DNA of 64,000 nucleotides from Octopus sinensis (Eukaryota): NCBI RefSeq assembly GCF_006345805.1, contig NC_042998.1, positions 90,272,001 to 90,336,000 of the forward strand, read 5' to 3'. Shown piece by piece: positions 40,466 to 53,295 of this stretch (position 1 is its first letter; each line of letters starts with the position of its first letter). The notes under the pieces were generated by a model. It saw only the letters and a program-made list of their open reading frames with translations, ran no database searches and was not told where the DNA came from. The position numbers and the translations under genes were made by a program.

Positions 40466-40717
40466 GTATGTATTTGTGTGTATGTTTCTGCGTGTGTGCG
40501 TGTTTGTCCCTCAACATCGCTTAACAACCGATACTAGTGGGTTTACGTCCCAGTAACTTAGCAGTTTGGCAAAGGAGGCCAATAGAATAAGTACGACGCT
40601 TACATAGAATAATTCCTGGGGTCGATTTGCTCGACTAAAGGCGGTGCTCTAGCATGGCCACAGTTAAATGACTGAAACAGTTAAAGGAATAAAAGAATAT
40701 ACATATTTATGCATACA

Positions 40718-40749
<32 letters not shown>

Positions 40750-41559
40750 AACTAACAAACAAAAGTACCCTGTTGTTGATGTTGAAATTTCAATGAAGGA
40801 ATCTTGAACCTAGGTTAGAAACCGGTTCTTTCTCTATTAGCAAGAAATCTTGAAAAAAAATTAATAGTGACATACATACATACACACACACATAAATGCA
40901 TACATGCATACATGTCCCCTATTTCCGTACCCTTCTAGCTTCCCGTGCGATAAGGTACTTTGAGGGATAGCCATTTCATTACTCCGCCTTGATTTCTATT
41001 AAAGATATGCACAAGACCGCAAATTCAGAGAGAGTTGAATACTGACGGCTATATCGATCCAATTATTTAACAGGTAAATTATTTTTGCAGCAACGGAAGG
41101 ATGAAAACCACAAAGCTGATCTCAGCGATATTTCAGCTCACAGCATAAAGGACCGCATCCAAATATTGCAAGGCATTTTTGTCCGGCGCTCTGCTGATTC
41201 TATCAATCTAATTTAAACAATATTTTATCTATGACAATTAATGTATTTTTCTCAACACGATCGCCACGATCACGATCGCCAGATCACGACTTAGATTCCG
41301 GAACGAGCAGATCGTTGCGCTGTTGAACGAGCGGATCGTTGTGTTCTTGGGCGAAACACTTCCTTTTACGTTGCTCGGCGATCATTTCGACATATGACGA
41401 GCGGCACACTTGTTCAGGCAACGTCAGTATTATGGGGTGCGGGGAGCGAGCTTATTTATATCACATACATTTGATCACTATAAACAAGTCGTTTGTACAG
41501 GTCGTTTAGCAAAACACTGAACACTCATACGTCGTCTTCGACGAGAGGATCCATCATCA

Positions 41560-41603
<44 letters not shown>

Positions 41604-41611
41604 GTTATTAC

Positions 41612-44600
41612 TTTTTTTCTTCTTCTTTCAAATTTGCTATCATTTCTTGCCGAGTGTCTTCCCGACTCCTAGGGCAAAGAAACTCATAGTATACATTGGT
41701 AGGCCATTAAACCAAACTCAGTAGTTCGTTCATTTTTTTTTTTTTTTTTTAAAGTTAAATTAAAATACATGAGCAGCAACAGTTCTCACATCGACAATGC
41801 TCTTCTCAATACGTGTGATGTACCAGTTAAGACAATCTTTTGCACTTCTTGCAGGGATGGTAAGCCAGGGATCATTCTCATATAATTTTCGGTTCCCTTC
41901 TTAATCATTCCTTGTGCTCCTACGATCACTGGTATTGTAACCGCCTTGAGATGCCACATTTTCTCAATTTCAATGAGTAGGTCTTTATATTTTCTGAGCT
42001 TGTCAAACTCTTTCGCTGAGATATTATGATCACAGGGGATGCTCATGTCGATCAATAAGCAAACTTTATTGTTTTGGTCTTTCACAACAATATCTGGTTT
42101 ATTGGCCTTGATGGTTCGGTCTGTATGTACTGGAAAGTCCCACAGAATCGTTACATTTTCTCCTTCAGTTACAGCCTCAGGGTGGTGATTATACCACTTG
42201 TCGGCAGTTTTGATATTGTAATGCCGACTTATTAGCCAGTGGAGATATTGGCCAACTCTGTCATGTCTTAATTTATACTCCACTGGTGCTAAGACTTTAC
42301 ATCCAGAGATTAGGTGGTCCACTGTTTCAATCATGTCGTTGCAGAATCGGCATTTTGGGTCTGCTCCATTTTTCATCACATTGGCCTGGTAGTTCCGAGT
42401 TAATAGGTTTTGATCTTGAGCAGCCAGGATGAAACCTTCGCTCTCTGCTTTTAGCCCTGAGCTCCGTAGCCACTGATGGGTTTGCTTCTGGTCAACATCA
42501 GCTTGTTTGCTGCGGGTCACATATTTGCCGTGCAGAGGTTTCTCCTCCCACCTATCAGCCAATTGCTCGTGCGCTTTTTTCATTGCCATCATTTTCACCT
42601 TCTTTGCAACAATAGTTGCCGTACTTCCCTCGGGTTGTTCAGTTTGGGTATCCTGCACGAGATCAATAGCAAATTTTTTGCTTTCCTTTATGATAGAATG
42701 AAGCTTCTTTCGTCTCTCGTGATTTTCCACGAGCTTTAGCATCCAGTCATTCGATATTTCGAGATATTTGGCCAGTCCAATTGTGGTTGTTTTGTAAGCT
42801 AGTTCAAATTGGATCAGGCCTCGACCTCCTTGGGCTCTGGGAAGGTAAAGGCGATCTACGTCTGCCTTTGGGTGGTGCATCCTATTACAACTCAGCAGCT
42901 TGCGTATTTTCTTATCTATATTCTTTACTTCACTCATATTCCAGTTCAACACATTGTAGCTATAAGTAACAACTGGAACTGCTAAGGAATTTATAGCTAA
43001 CACCTTGTTACGTGCATTTGGTTTAGATTTCAGGACTGCACGAAATCTCCTATAACATTCCTTCCTGATTTTCTCTTTCATGCTTGCATGCTGAATACCA
43101 GAGCCTTCATTTATCCCTAAATATTTGTATGTTTGTTCCTGCTCAAGCTCTCTTATGACTGTGTCAACATCTAACACGACTGAATTTGTGGTCTTCACTT
43201 TCCCTTTCTGGAAAGTGGCCTTGGCACACTTCTCAAGTCCAAACTCCATCCCGATGTCATCGCTGAATGCTTTCACGGTGCGCAATAGGCCTTCAAGTTC
43301 ATTATTGTCTTTACCATAAAGTTTTAAGTCATCCATATAAAATAGATGGCTTATTTTTTTATTGGCAATTTTATACCCATACCCTGTTCTGTTTAATTCA
43401 CTTGTAAGGGGTATTAGGGCTATGCAGAATATTAAAGGTGAAAGTGAGTCACCTTGAAAAATTCCACAGTTGATGTTTATATTTTCTGAGGCAAGTACTC
43501 CATTAGAGTGGTATAATTGGAGATTCGTATTCCACAACGACATATTGTGCTTCAGGAAGTTTGAAATCACAGGGAAATTTTGAAGATGTCCAGCGATCTC
43601 AAGATCCATGGATGCGGTATACTGTCGAAGGCCTTTTTATAGTCAATCCATGCGGTGCTGAGATTTCTGCGCTTGTTGTGACAGTTCTCAAGGATCATAC
43701 GATTGATTAGCAGTTGATCTTTGCATCCATAAGAGCCTCGGCGGCACCCTTTTTGTTCAATGGGGAAAATATCGTTCTTCTCCATGAATGCATATGTTTT
43801 CTCCGCCAGGATAGATGTTAGGATTTTATACGTGGTGGATAGACAGGTTATAGGCCGATAGTTTTTTGGAAGGTTGGTTTCGTTATTCTTTGGGAGTAGG
43901 TAAGTAATTCCACTTGCTAACCATTCAGGTGTTTTCTTTGGGTCTCTTATAATTCCATTGAGCAGCTGAACTAGCTTACCGTGTGCGCATGGGAGCGATG
44001 CGAGCCAGAAATTCGGCACCCTATCTTTACCGGGGGATTTCCAATTATGGGCCTTCGTGAGTGCCTTTCTTAGGTCTGCTATTGTAATGTCTTCCCATGC
44101 TTGTTGTTGTAAATTTTGTAAAACTTGTTTCTCTTCTCAAATCTTCGTATTCTTTGGGCTTTTGCTTGGACTTTTTGTTTCAGCGTTTCTTTTATTGATA
44201 TCAGTTCTTCTCTTGGTGAGGATCCAAATTTTCTCTTCATCTTTCTTCCTGTTCTGGATCTTACATCATTTCCACATATTAGTTCATTTAATATTGATAT
44301 TTCCCCTCTCATAAATTCAATCTCTTTTTCAATTTTACTTCTCCAGGTTTGATTTCTTCCCAGGTTTTGTTTTCTTTGTTTTTTCGGGGGCATACAGCTG
44401 GTTTCAATTGCCCTAGCAGAAGCGTAAATAATTTCATTTAACTCAGTAAAATCAGGTTTTAATTCTCGTATTATTTCATTTGTTACATAGTTGCCAATTT
44501 GGATTTGTTTTTTATTTTGGTTTGTATTTGAGAGTTTATGAAGTGGTTCTCTATCATTCATACTTGTATGTCTTACAACTTCAAGCGTATTCAGGATTTT

Positions 44601-45400
44601 CTGCCTCATTTCTGCCATAGACTCTCTGTGTTCTTCAGCAAATGCGAGATCTTCAGTTACTGTTGTTTTTTTGTTTTCCTGGCTATCTTTAACAGGTACA
44701 ATAGAATTTCTTGTATCTTCAGGCCTTTGCGTACTTTGGTCAGATGGCAGTCTTTCAATTAAGCCTCGTGGCGGGCTATACTGTTCATCTGATTCTTCAT
44801 TTCCTTTGTGTCTTATATTTATGTCATTTTCCGTTGCGTGCTTGATCGCGCTTATTTCACTGTCTGTGAGTCTGTTATTTCTAAGGATATTCCTCCTCAC
44901 ATTTGCTAATTTGTTCTCGTCCAAATAGGGCCTACTGTCTTGATTCCGTGTTCTCCATATACTGTAAGAGTTTGCGGTGTGTCTCTCTTGAGATGGCCTA
45001 CCTAATGCATAGTACTAAGCGTATATTACTTCTTTATACTCTTCTCGGGTCCATTTGTTCCGCTTACATTTTTCTTTCTGTGGTGGTTGTGGTGGTGAAC
45101 TTGGAGGGCTCGAGTTGGGGGATTTCCCGTTCAAGTGACCATCCATGTCCGTATTCGGAGAAGAGTTTGTGCCAGTTGATGACTTTTCGATCCCAGGCTG
45201 GCTCTTCCCTGGGGGACGCGCTTCCAGATTAACCATAGGGCAAGCGATTTGGTATACTGATTTAGTTTTCCTTTTAGTTTCCAAAAACATTTTGGTGCTA
45301 CGATAATGTTATCATTTTTTAGCTTTGATTGGCTCGTGGGGAGACGGCCATCATTGCCGTTACAATTATAATCGTACCATTATAGCAGCCGTAGTCGGCT
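41612..45400 (-). mobile_element. Dong/R4-clade non-LTR retrotransposon with restriction-like endonuclease, frameshifted, in intron 1 of gene B
   Basis: Consecutive minus ORFs 45015-45290, 44079-44924, 43567-44019 and 41786-43609. RT motifs QGDSLSP and YMDD, CCHC (CRFC...H...C), RHD and KPD-type RLE. Flanked on both sides by TAA-rich repeats. Confidence 0.9.
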
Positions 45401-45617
45401 TATTATTGTTATTATCATCACCATTACCATCACTATCATCATTATCACCACCATTACCATCATCATTATCATCATCACCACCATTACCATCATCATTATC
45501 ATCATCACCATCACCATCACCACCATCATCATCAATGATATTGTTTTATGTGTAGTCACAGCAGTATCTTATTATTGTTATTTTTGTTTGTTTTTCATTA
45601 TCACCATCACAGTTATT

Positions 45618-45700
<83 letters not shown>

Positions 45701-45773
45701 CATTAATATTATCATTATTATTATTATCATTATTATTATTATTATTATTATTATATTATTATTATTATTATTA

Positions 45774-45819
<46 letters not shown>

Positions 45820-45822
<3 letters not shown>

Positions 45823-46140
45823 ACTGCAGAATGCACGAAACACAACTTAATTTATGTTGGTTGTACAACAGAACAATTAAACAAAAGGCTTAATGGGCAC
45901 AGATTCGACTTCAGGCACAATAACAGTAGTTGACAGAACTTGTTGAACATTTCGTTTCAAGCAGCTGCAATTTTGAAGAAGACTTGAAAGTGCATATTCT
46001 CAGAGAAAATATTTTGAATCGGCTTCACTTTCACTTCTCAGAATGTATGAGGAGAAATATGTTTGCAGGTTATTAACATCACGCCCTGGAGGAATGAATA
46101 AGATGACAGAAGAATATCATCAAATTTATACAAAATTGAT
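45820..46140 (+). mobile_element. Penelope-like element GIY-YIG endonuclease fragment
   Basis: Manual translation gives LIYVGCTTEQLNKRLNGHRFDF...ELVEHF...P.GMN, with frameshifts. Confidence 0.7.
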
Positions 46141-46221
46141 TAAATATTCTTCTTTCTCTCTTTTTCTTTCCTTTTTTCTGTCGTCTTCATTTTTTGTTTC
46201 TTTTCGCCTGTTATAAAATTA

Positions 46222-46306
<85 letters not shown>

Positions 46307-46649
46307 TAGCGTTTAATCTACCAAATAAACACACGCACTGTATATTCGTTCTTCACTTCAGATTTATTGTTGTTCTTATTTTATGTCTTTTGTCTAGAAA
46401 TCTTCACATATCCTGTGACCTCTTCAGCGGTTCTCCATCCCACGTGTCTCCTCATGTTCTGTTTAGTTCTTTCTGACGAAAGATTTCCAGACAAAGGGTA
46501 TAAAACAAGAACGATAATAAATCTGAAGTGACAAGCGAATATATAGTGCGTGTGTTTATTTGGGGGAAAAATGACCATCCGGAAATATAAAAATATCTAT
46601 TTCAACACACGATTTCACATCAGGAATCTTGCAAAACAAATATATAAAC

Positions 46650-47395
46650 CAGAAGTGGGAAACCCCCGCCCGCGAGCCCATTTTATTGCGCCCGTAGGCT
46701 GGTATACTCGTATGTACAAAATATAGTCAATTTTCCAATTATAAAATTTATACAATGCTCGTATGCCTTTTTGCGACGTAGGTTGCGTTTCCACTACAGA
46801 ATTAAAACGGATAGGCTCGAACAGAAAATCGTTCGGTAATTGCTATTTGAATGGAAATTTTGTTTTCACTATAAAACATATATTACTAGGTTTGTACCAT
46901 CCCCTTGAGATCCATCTACACTCTAGCTGAGAAATATAAACGCCATAAATTCAGTGGCGGTGTTAATCAAGATGTTACGTGTTAATTTAATGTGTTAAAC
47001 TTATCTTTATCAATGTATATCGAATTATACATAGATATATACAAGATTTACATAGATATAAAAGTTAGAGCTTGTAAGGCGGCGAGCTGGCAGAACCGTT
47101 AGCACGCCGGGTGAAATGCGTAGCCGTATTTCGTCTGCCGTTACGTTCTGAGTTCAAATTCCGCCGAGGTCGACTTTGCTTTTCATCCTTTAGGGGTCGA
47201 AAAAATTAAGTACCAGTTACGCAGTGGGGTCGATGTAATCGACATAATCCGTTTGTCTGTCCTTGTTTGTCCCATTTATGTTTAGTCCCTTGTGGGTAAT
47301 AAAGAAACATATAAAAGTTAGAACTTGTAATCCGCCCACGGGTCTTTTTTTTTTTTTATTTTTGCCCGACACACTTAAAAGTTTCCCTACCCCTG
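46650..47395 (+). mobile_element. hAT-like MITE with nested SINE (about 47078-47308, +)
   Basis: TIRs CAGAAGTGGGAAAC / GTTTCCCTACCCCTG; TSD atataaac/atatcaac. The nested SINE has a TSD of about 21 bp. Confidence 0.75.
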
Positions 47396-47634
47396 ATATC
47401 AACGTTTAGTCTACCGTATACTAAGAAGTTACATTAACATGCAAACAGTGATAGAACATACGTGTACTGAGAACTAGAGCAGACAAGTAGACAGATTGGT
47501 AAGCCGACTAGGAGATAGATTGTATGAGACAGAGAAAGTGATCAAGAATAACGAAGAGAGAGAGAGGGGGGTGAGAGATGACAGACGGACAAATAAAATA
47601 CGATATTACTTGTAGAAACAAACAAATCACCTAC

Positions 47635-47707
47635 CTTTAACTACCGTAAAGCATATAATGGTAAATATAACCACATACAATTCAGCCTTAGTGGAAAACA
47701 TAACCAT
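47635..47707 (-). CDS. Ly6/uPAR three-finger gene B, coding exon 1 (signal peptide MVMFSTKAELYVVIFTIICFTVVK)
   Basis: ATG plus a hydrophobic core, then a phase-1 GTAGGT donor. Upstream CATTTTCAG acceptor at 47847-47848 suggests a 5'UTR part and a further non-coding exon. Confidence 0.78.
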
Positions 47708-49021
47708 ATAATATAAGATAACCCACAAAATCACTTTAAAGAAAACTCTTCTTCTCTCAGGATCTGTTCAACAAAATAAACCAATATTTTTTGTTCCTTT
47801 TCTCTCACTTCCTTCCAGTTGAAGGGAACTTGAGGACTTCCACGGTCTGAAAATGAAATGTTCTTTATACACTTCCGAATACTTCGATCGCTAGCACATA
47901 AGTAAGTATTTATCATATAGACTTTATTTTGTTTTCGTTTTTAATTACTATTCTTTTCTTTTCTTTTCTTTTCTTTTCATAAAAAGTAAACCGGTTTCCA
48001 ACTCATAATGAAAAGAAAAAAAAACTTTGGTCAACAAATACCTACACATTTTCTCCAAACGTCAAAAGGAAATGTATTTCAAGTCGAGCATAATAATAAT
48101 AATAATAATGATAATAATAATAATAATAATAATAATAATATAATAACAACAACAACAACAACAACACCTACAATAAACAGCTTTTCCGTCTTGCACCTCA
48201 TTTCGTAAATAAAAATGTATGTGTGTGTGCGCGCGCGCACGTGTGTGTGTGTGTGTGTAACAGCAATAAACTTGATTCTTCCGGATGAACTAGATATTTT
48301 AGTTTGCGTTCTTTTGTCATTTTCTTTTTCCATCTCAATCAAATGACCATGCATTTACAATTAACAAACTTACACAACAATGGTACATATGTTATAATTG
48401 ATGCTAATGAAACAGTCATTACAAAAGCCAATTAACAAAAAGATTTGATCGTAGAATTTGTCACTATCTCTCTATCTCGCTGTCTATCTATGTTACTCTC
48501 CTCCCACTATCACGTGATCCGTGACAGCCTAAGGTGGTGTCATTCTTTTTCGCCTTGCCTTCGACTGGACTGGTCACGATTTAACGAGCTCCTCGGTCAC
48601 CCACCAATATCCCACCACCACCGTCTATAGTCCTTTGGGACATATTTTCATTTTTCCTTCGCGTTACCCATTTTCGTCATGTCTTGCAACCCTAAAGCTT
48701 TTTTTGTTGTTGTATATGTATTATCATCATTCTAATTATTGTCCTCGTGTAGCCCTAAGCCTTTATTCAGTTTGTTGTTTTGTCCCTCGTCCGTCCACTA
48801 ACGGTCTCGTCTAGAGTCTCATTTCGTTATGTTTAGGTTCCATTCCCGGCAAGTTTTTTCCCGGTGCCTCCAGAGTGGAAGTAATATTATCGATAATGGC
48901 CGAAATTGTGCTCGGCCCTCTGGCCAATAACTGAAGAAGAGTTGGTAAACTTCTATGTTTTCTGTTTGTCTGTGTATTTGGTATATGTTTGTATGTTTGT
49001 TTACTACACGTCTTTTTTTAA

Positions 49022-49087
<66 letters not shown>

Positions 49088-49171
49088 CACACACACACAC
49101 ACATACATACATACATACATACATACATACATACATACATACATACATACATACATACATACATACATACA

Positions 49172-51167
49172 TTTTTCTTTACTTTATCCCCGTCTGTCTT
49201 GATAGACAATGGGTTGCGCCAAGGGTGGGGCCTACTTTGATGATGTGCAGCGTCTGCTGTGACTGAACAGTCCAATTCTAGAGTGGCAGTCCTTGGTACA
49301 GTTGCTGCACACGAACATCGATGGGTACGTGTGGGGTGTTGCTGCAGTTGTCCTCCTCCTGTCCCGCCTGTCCAACCACAGCTGTGCTCTCCTCTCCTCA
49401 GCCATGGAAACGCCTTTCCTCACCGTCCGACGCCAGGCAGAGCGGTCAGCAGCTGTTTCCTCCCACGTGTCCACACAGATGTTGGGAGTCCTCAGGTCGC
49501 GCTTGCACACGTCCCTGTATCGTAGCTGTGGACGTCCCTTGGGTCGGGATCCCGTGGTGAGTTCGCTGTACAGGATGTCTTTAGGCATGCGACCGTCCTG
49601 CATGCGGCAGACGTGTCCGAGCCAGCGCAGTCGTCTCCGCACGAGGAGGGCATACATGCTTGGCATATTAGTCTGTTCCAGGATGACTCCGTTTGGTACT
49701 CGGTCCTTCCAGGAGATGCCAAGGATCCGTTGAAGACACCGCATGTGGAAGCCGCTGAGGTGGCATTCCTGCCGGGTGTATGTTGTCCAGCTCTCGCTGC
49801 CGTAGAGTAGGGTGCTCAGCACGCAGGCTCGGTACACTGCGATCTTGGTTGTTATTGTGAGCATGTTGTTTTCCCACACTCTCCTGGAGAGCTTAGCCAT
49901 GGCAGCAGTAGCCTTCCCAATCCGTCTGTTCAGCTCCGGCTCGAGGGACAGGCTGCTGGAGACCGTCGATCCCAGGTAAGTGAACTCGTTCACCACCTGC
50001 AAGCTGTGGTCGCCGACACTGATGCTGGGGACCCCTCCGACGTCCTGGCCCATGATCTCTGTCTTTTTCAGGCCGATGGTAAGGCCGAACTCTTGGCAGG
50101 CATCCGCGAGGGAGCTGACCAGCCTCTGGAGACCCGGTTGGTTGTGTGATGTTAGGGCGGCATCGTCAGCAAAGAGGATCTCTCCGATCAGCACCTGACG
50201 GACTTTGGTCTTAGCTCTGAGGCGCGCAAGATTGAACAATCTACCATCAGCTCTGGTGTGGAGGAACACTCCGTCGTCGGACGTTCTGAAGGCATAGGAC
50301 AGGACAAGGGAGAAGAAAATTCCGAAGAGCGTCGGCGCCAGAACGCAACCCTGTTTCACTCCACTCTGGATGGGGAATGACTCCGAGGGCGATCCGTCAA
50401 ACTGCACTGTTCCCTGCATACCGTCGTGAAAGGAGGTGATGAGTTTCAGCAGTCTGGGAGGGCAACCTATCCTACCCAGGAGCGCAAACAGCCCCTCCCT
50501 GCTAACTGAGTCGAACGCCTTAGCCAGGTCGATGAAGGCCACGTATAGGGGCTGTCTCTGTTCTCGACTCTTTTCTTGAAGCTGCCTGAGTGAGAAGATC
50601 ATGTCAATTGTAGACCTCTCTGCCCTAAAGCCAGACTGAGACTCGGGGTACACACGCTCTGCAAGTATTTGCAACCTCTTCAGGACCACCCTGGCAAATG
50701 CCTTACCGACAGTGCTGAGCAGTGATATGCCCCTGTAATTATTGCAGTCGCTTCTGTCCCCTTTGTTTTTATACAGTGTGATGATGTTTGCGTCACGCAT
50801 ATCCTTAGGGACAGAGCCCTCCTCCCAGCACTGACAGAGCAGCTCGTGGAGATAGCCCAGAAGGGCTGGCTTCCCGCACTGGATGACTTCTGCGGGGATG
50901 CCGTCTTGCCCTGGTGCCTTGCCCCGAGCGAGTGAGTCAATTGCTTTGCTCAGTTCTTCCTTTGTTGGGGGCAGGTCAAGCTCCTCCATGACAGGCAGAG
51001 CAGGAATGCCGGCGAGGGCAGACCTGGTGACCACATTCTCAGTGGAGTAGAGGTTCTGATAATGCTCGACCCACCTCTCCATCTGCTTCGCTTGGTCCTT
51101 GATGACCTCGCCATCTCTGGACTTCAGTGGAGCAACCTTTCTGACAGTGGGCCCGAATGCTTTCTTC
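49172..51167 (-). mobile_element. RTE-clade LINE, 5'-truncated, with open RT and C-terminal region
   Basis: ORF 49232..51247 (N-terminus is microsatellite). Motifs NYRGISLL, QGCVLAPTLF, FADD, LYGSESW and terminal CxxC...SHxRRC. Short 3'UTR. Embedded in (TACA)n on both sides. Confidence 0.93.
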
Positions 51168-51299
51168 ATACATACATACATACATACATACATACATACA
51201 TACATACATACTACATACATACATACATACATCATACATACATACATACCGGTATGTCATACTTTATATAACTGAGTAATACTCGTCAAAATGACGGGA

Positions 51300-51950
51300 T
51301 TTATTTGTGTACGTTATCTAAATACATTATGTAAATGTATTAGCGTATAACTAAATCTGTGATGTCCTAACATTACAGTTTATCGCACAATCGATCTATA
51401 ATTCTTACAGGGATTTACTATTTTTGAGTTGACATACTCTCTAATTTATTTTTGTGATGTGCTGAGATAATTTCGGCCGAATTTCTAGTGGCTGAATAGG
51501 AAAATTTTAATTTATGGCGATTAAATCATTTTTCGTACGTACTGGAAGGTGGGCTACATTTGTCAAGTACTGCGAAGAATTTCCGAGCGATATTATTAGT
51601 TATGTAACATATGAATGATATATTATACCAGATGATATTCTTTGATTTAGCCTTTCTTTTATTTACACAGGTGAAATTACCACCATGTTCCTTTATTTTA
51701 TTGCTAAAATTAGATGAGTGCTTACAAGATATCTGCCTGGCTTTATTAATCCTTATTACCTCCACCACCCACCCACACAAACACACACACACACATATAG
51801 TCTTAGATTTAGTAGTTGATAAAAAGACAAATAAATTAGAAACGAACCATAATCCTTTACAAGCTATGAACCCAGTAAGCTCCATGCCTTTCTTCGAAGA
51901 AAGTGTATTTTTAGCTACAATAGTGACAACATGGATTTCTTCCATCTTCT
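51300..51950 (-). mobile_element. Penelope-like element fragment (region between RT and GIY-YIG)
   Basis: ORF 51526..51945 contains KNIIWYN...TNNIARKFFAVLDKC.PP, resembling the conserved PLE linker. Confidence 0.55.
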
Positions 51951-52166
51951 TGCTCTATTAAAGTATTTGAGTAAAATTATGTTAATGTATCTGACTGATT
52001 AAAATTCTATTTATTTGTGCAGCTGATGATAGCTCTGCATTTAAATTGATGTAATGATTGCATTGTTCAGTTAAATGGAGCCGCTTGAAACGGTCGTACT
52101 GCATCACTTCTTGATATCCTGTTGCTTATTTTGACTATATATATATGTATATATATATATATATAT

Positions 52167-52728
52167 ACAAATTAGTAAATAAATGGCACAACTAAGTACC
52201 GATATTTACTGGAAATAGCGAACGTAAAAATACGACGCTAATGTGTAGCTTCACCGCGTATGTATTAGCAAAAATGCGTGTGTGCAACAAATTAGAGAAA
52301 AAAAAACGTCTTACCTCCAGGGAGAACATCTGAAAGATGAAACACCCGGAAAAGGATAATGTGGTACCTGCAGGTTTCAGGTTTTACAAGATATGTCTCT
52401 CACCCATATTTTGTTTTACCTTCATCAGCCAAACATATACCAAGACGAAATCTACGATGTTACCACATTAATACTAACACACTCGACTGAAATGCGGAAC
52501 GCTAACAGTACGAGAAACGGTGAAGAAGTTTCAAAATATCAGTAATGCAATACAAAGTATTGCCTTCCAGTAAAAAGTAGCCCGTGAGGGAAAAATACAC
52601 AAATTAGTAAATAAATGGCACAACTAAGTACCGATATTTACTGGAAATAGCGAACGTAAAAATACGACGCTAATGTGTAGCTTCACCGCGTATGTATTAG
52701 CAAAAATGCGTGTGTGCAACAATTTAGA
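52167..52728. repeat. About 130-bp direct repeat (432-bp period) bracketing a hammerhead
   Basis: acaaattagtaaataaatggcac...gtgtgcaacaa occurs at about 52167 and again at about 52599. Confidence 0.9.
52359..52436 (-). ncRNA. Type I hammerhead ribozyme motif
   Basis: TGG-CTGATGA-AGGT...ACCT-GAAA-CCTGCAGG-TA-CCA. Palindromic stem III ACCTGCAGGT, extended stem II, GUA cleavage site. Confidence 0.8.
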
Positions 52729-53206
52729 GGACTGACTACTAAGTGAAGGCATTTGAAAGGATACACATAAATATAATTTGTAGAACGTTATACATGCTGG
52801 ATTTCGGTTGAGCGTTCTGTATCTAGTTCTGGAAGTTGTGTTTTGCAAACAACAGACTATGCTGATGATCTTGCAGATGTTTACGTGTCCATATACGTAA
52901 ATATTAACAATTGAAACTAATTAGTACATAGGTAATCGTTTTTTATTTTGTATATTTTCATTTGTCTTGCTTATTTTTAAATTTTGGTTTTTTGCTGAGT
53001 TTTTTCTTGAGAACACATTCTTCGAGGAAAATGGCGATTTGACGTCTATATCTAGCATATAGGCTGTCCACTTTAAGTAGCCAGTCCTCTAAATTTTATA
53101 TGTAAAAAAAATTTTAATCCTCGGATTTTTTAAAAATATGCTAGGCCACTGGTTTTAATTGATTAATATCAATTTCTACCCTTATTTAATTTTATATGTA
53201 TGTATG

Positions 53207-53291
<85 letters not shown>

Positions 53292-53295
<4 letters not shown>

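Noticed and set aside
47731-47916. ORF with DRGSPQVPFNWKE...
   Set aside because: Better explained as the 5'UTR part of gene B's first coding exon.
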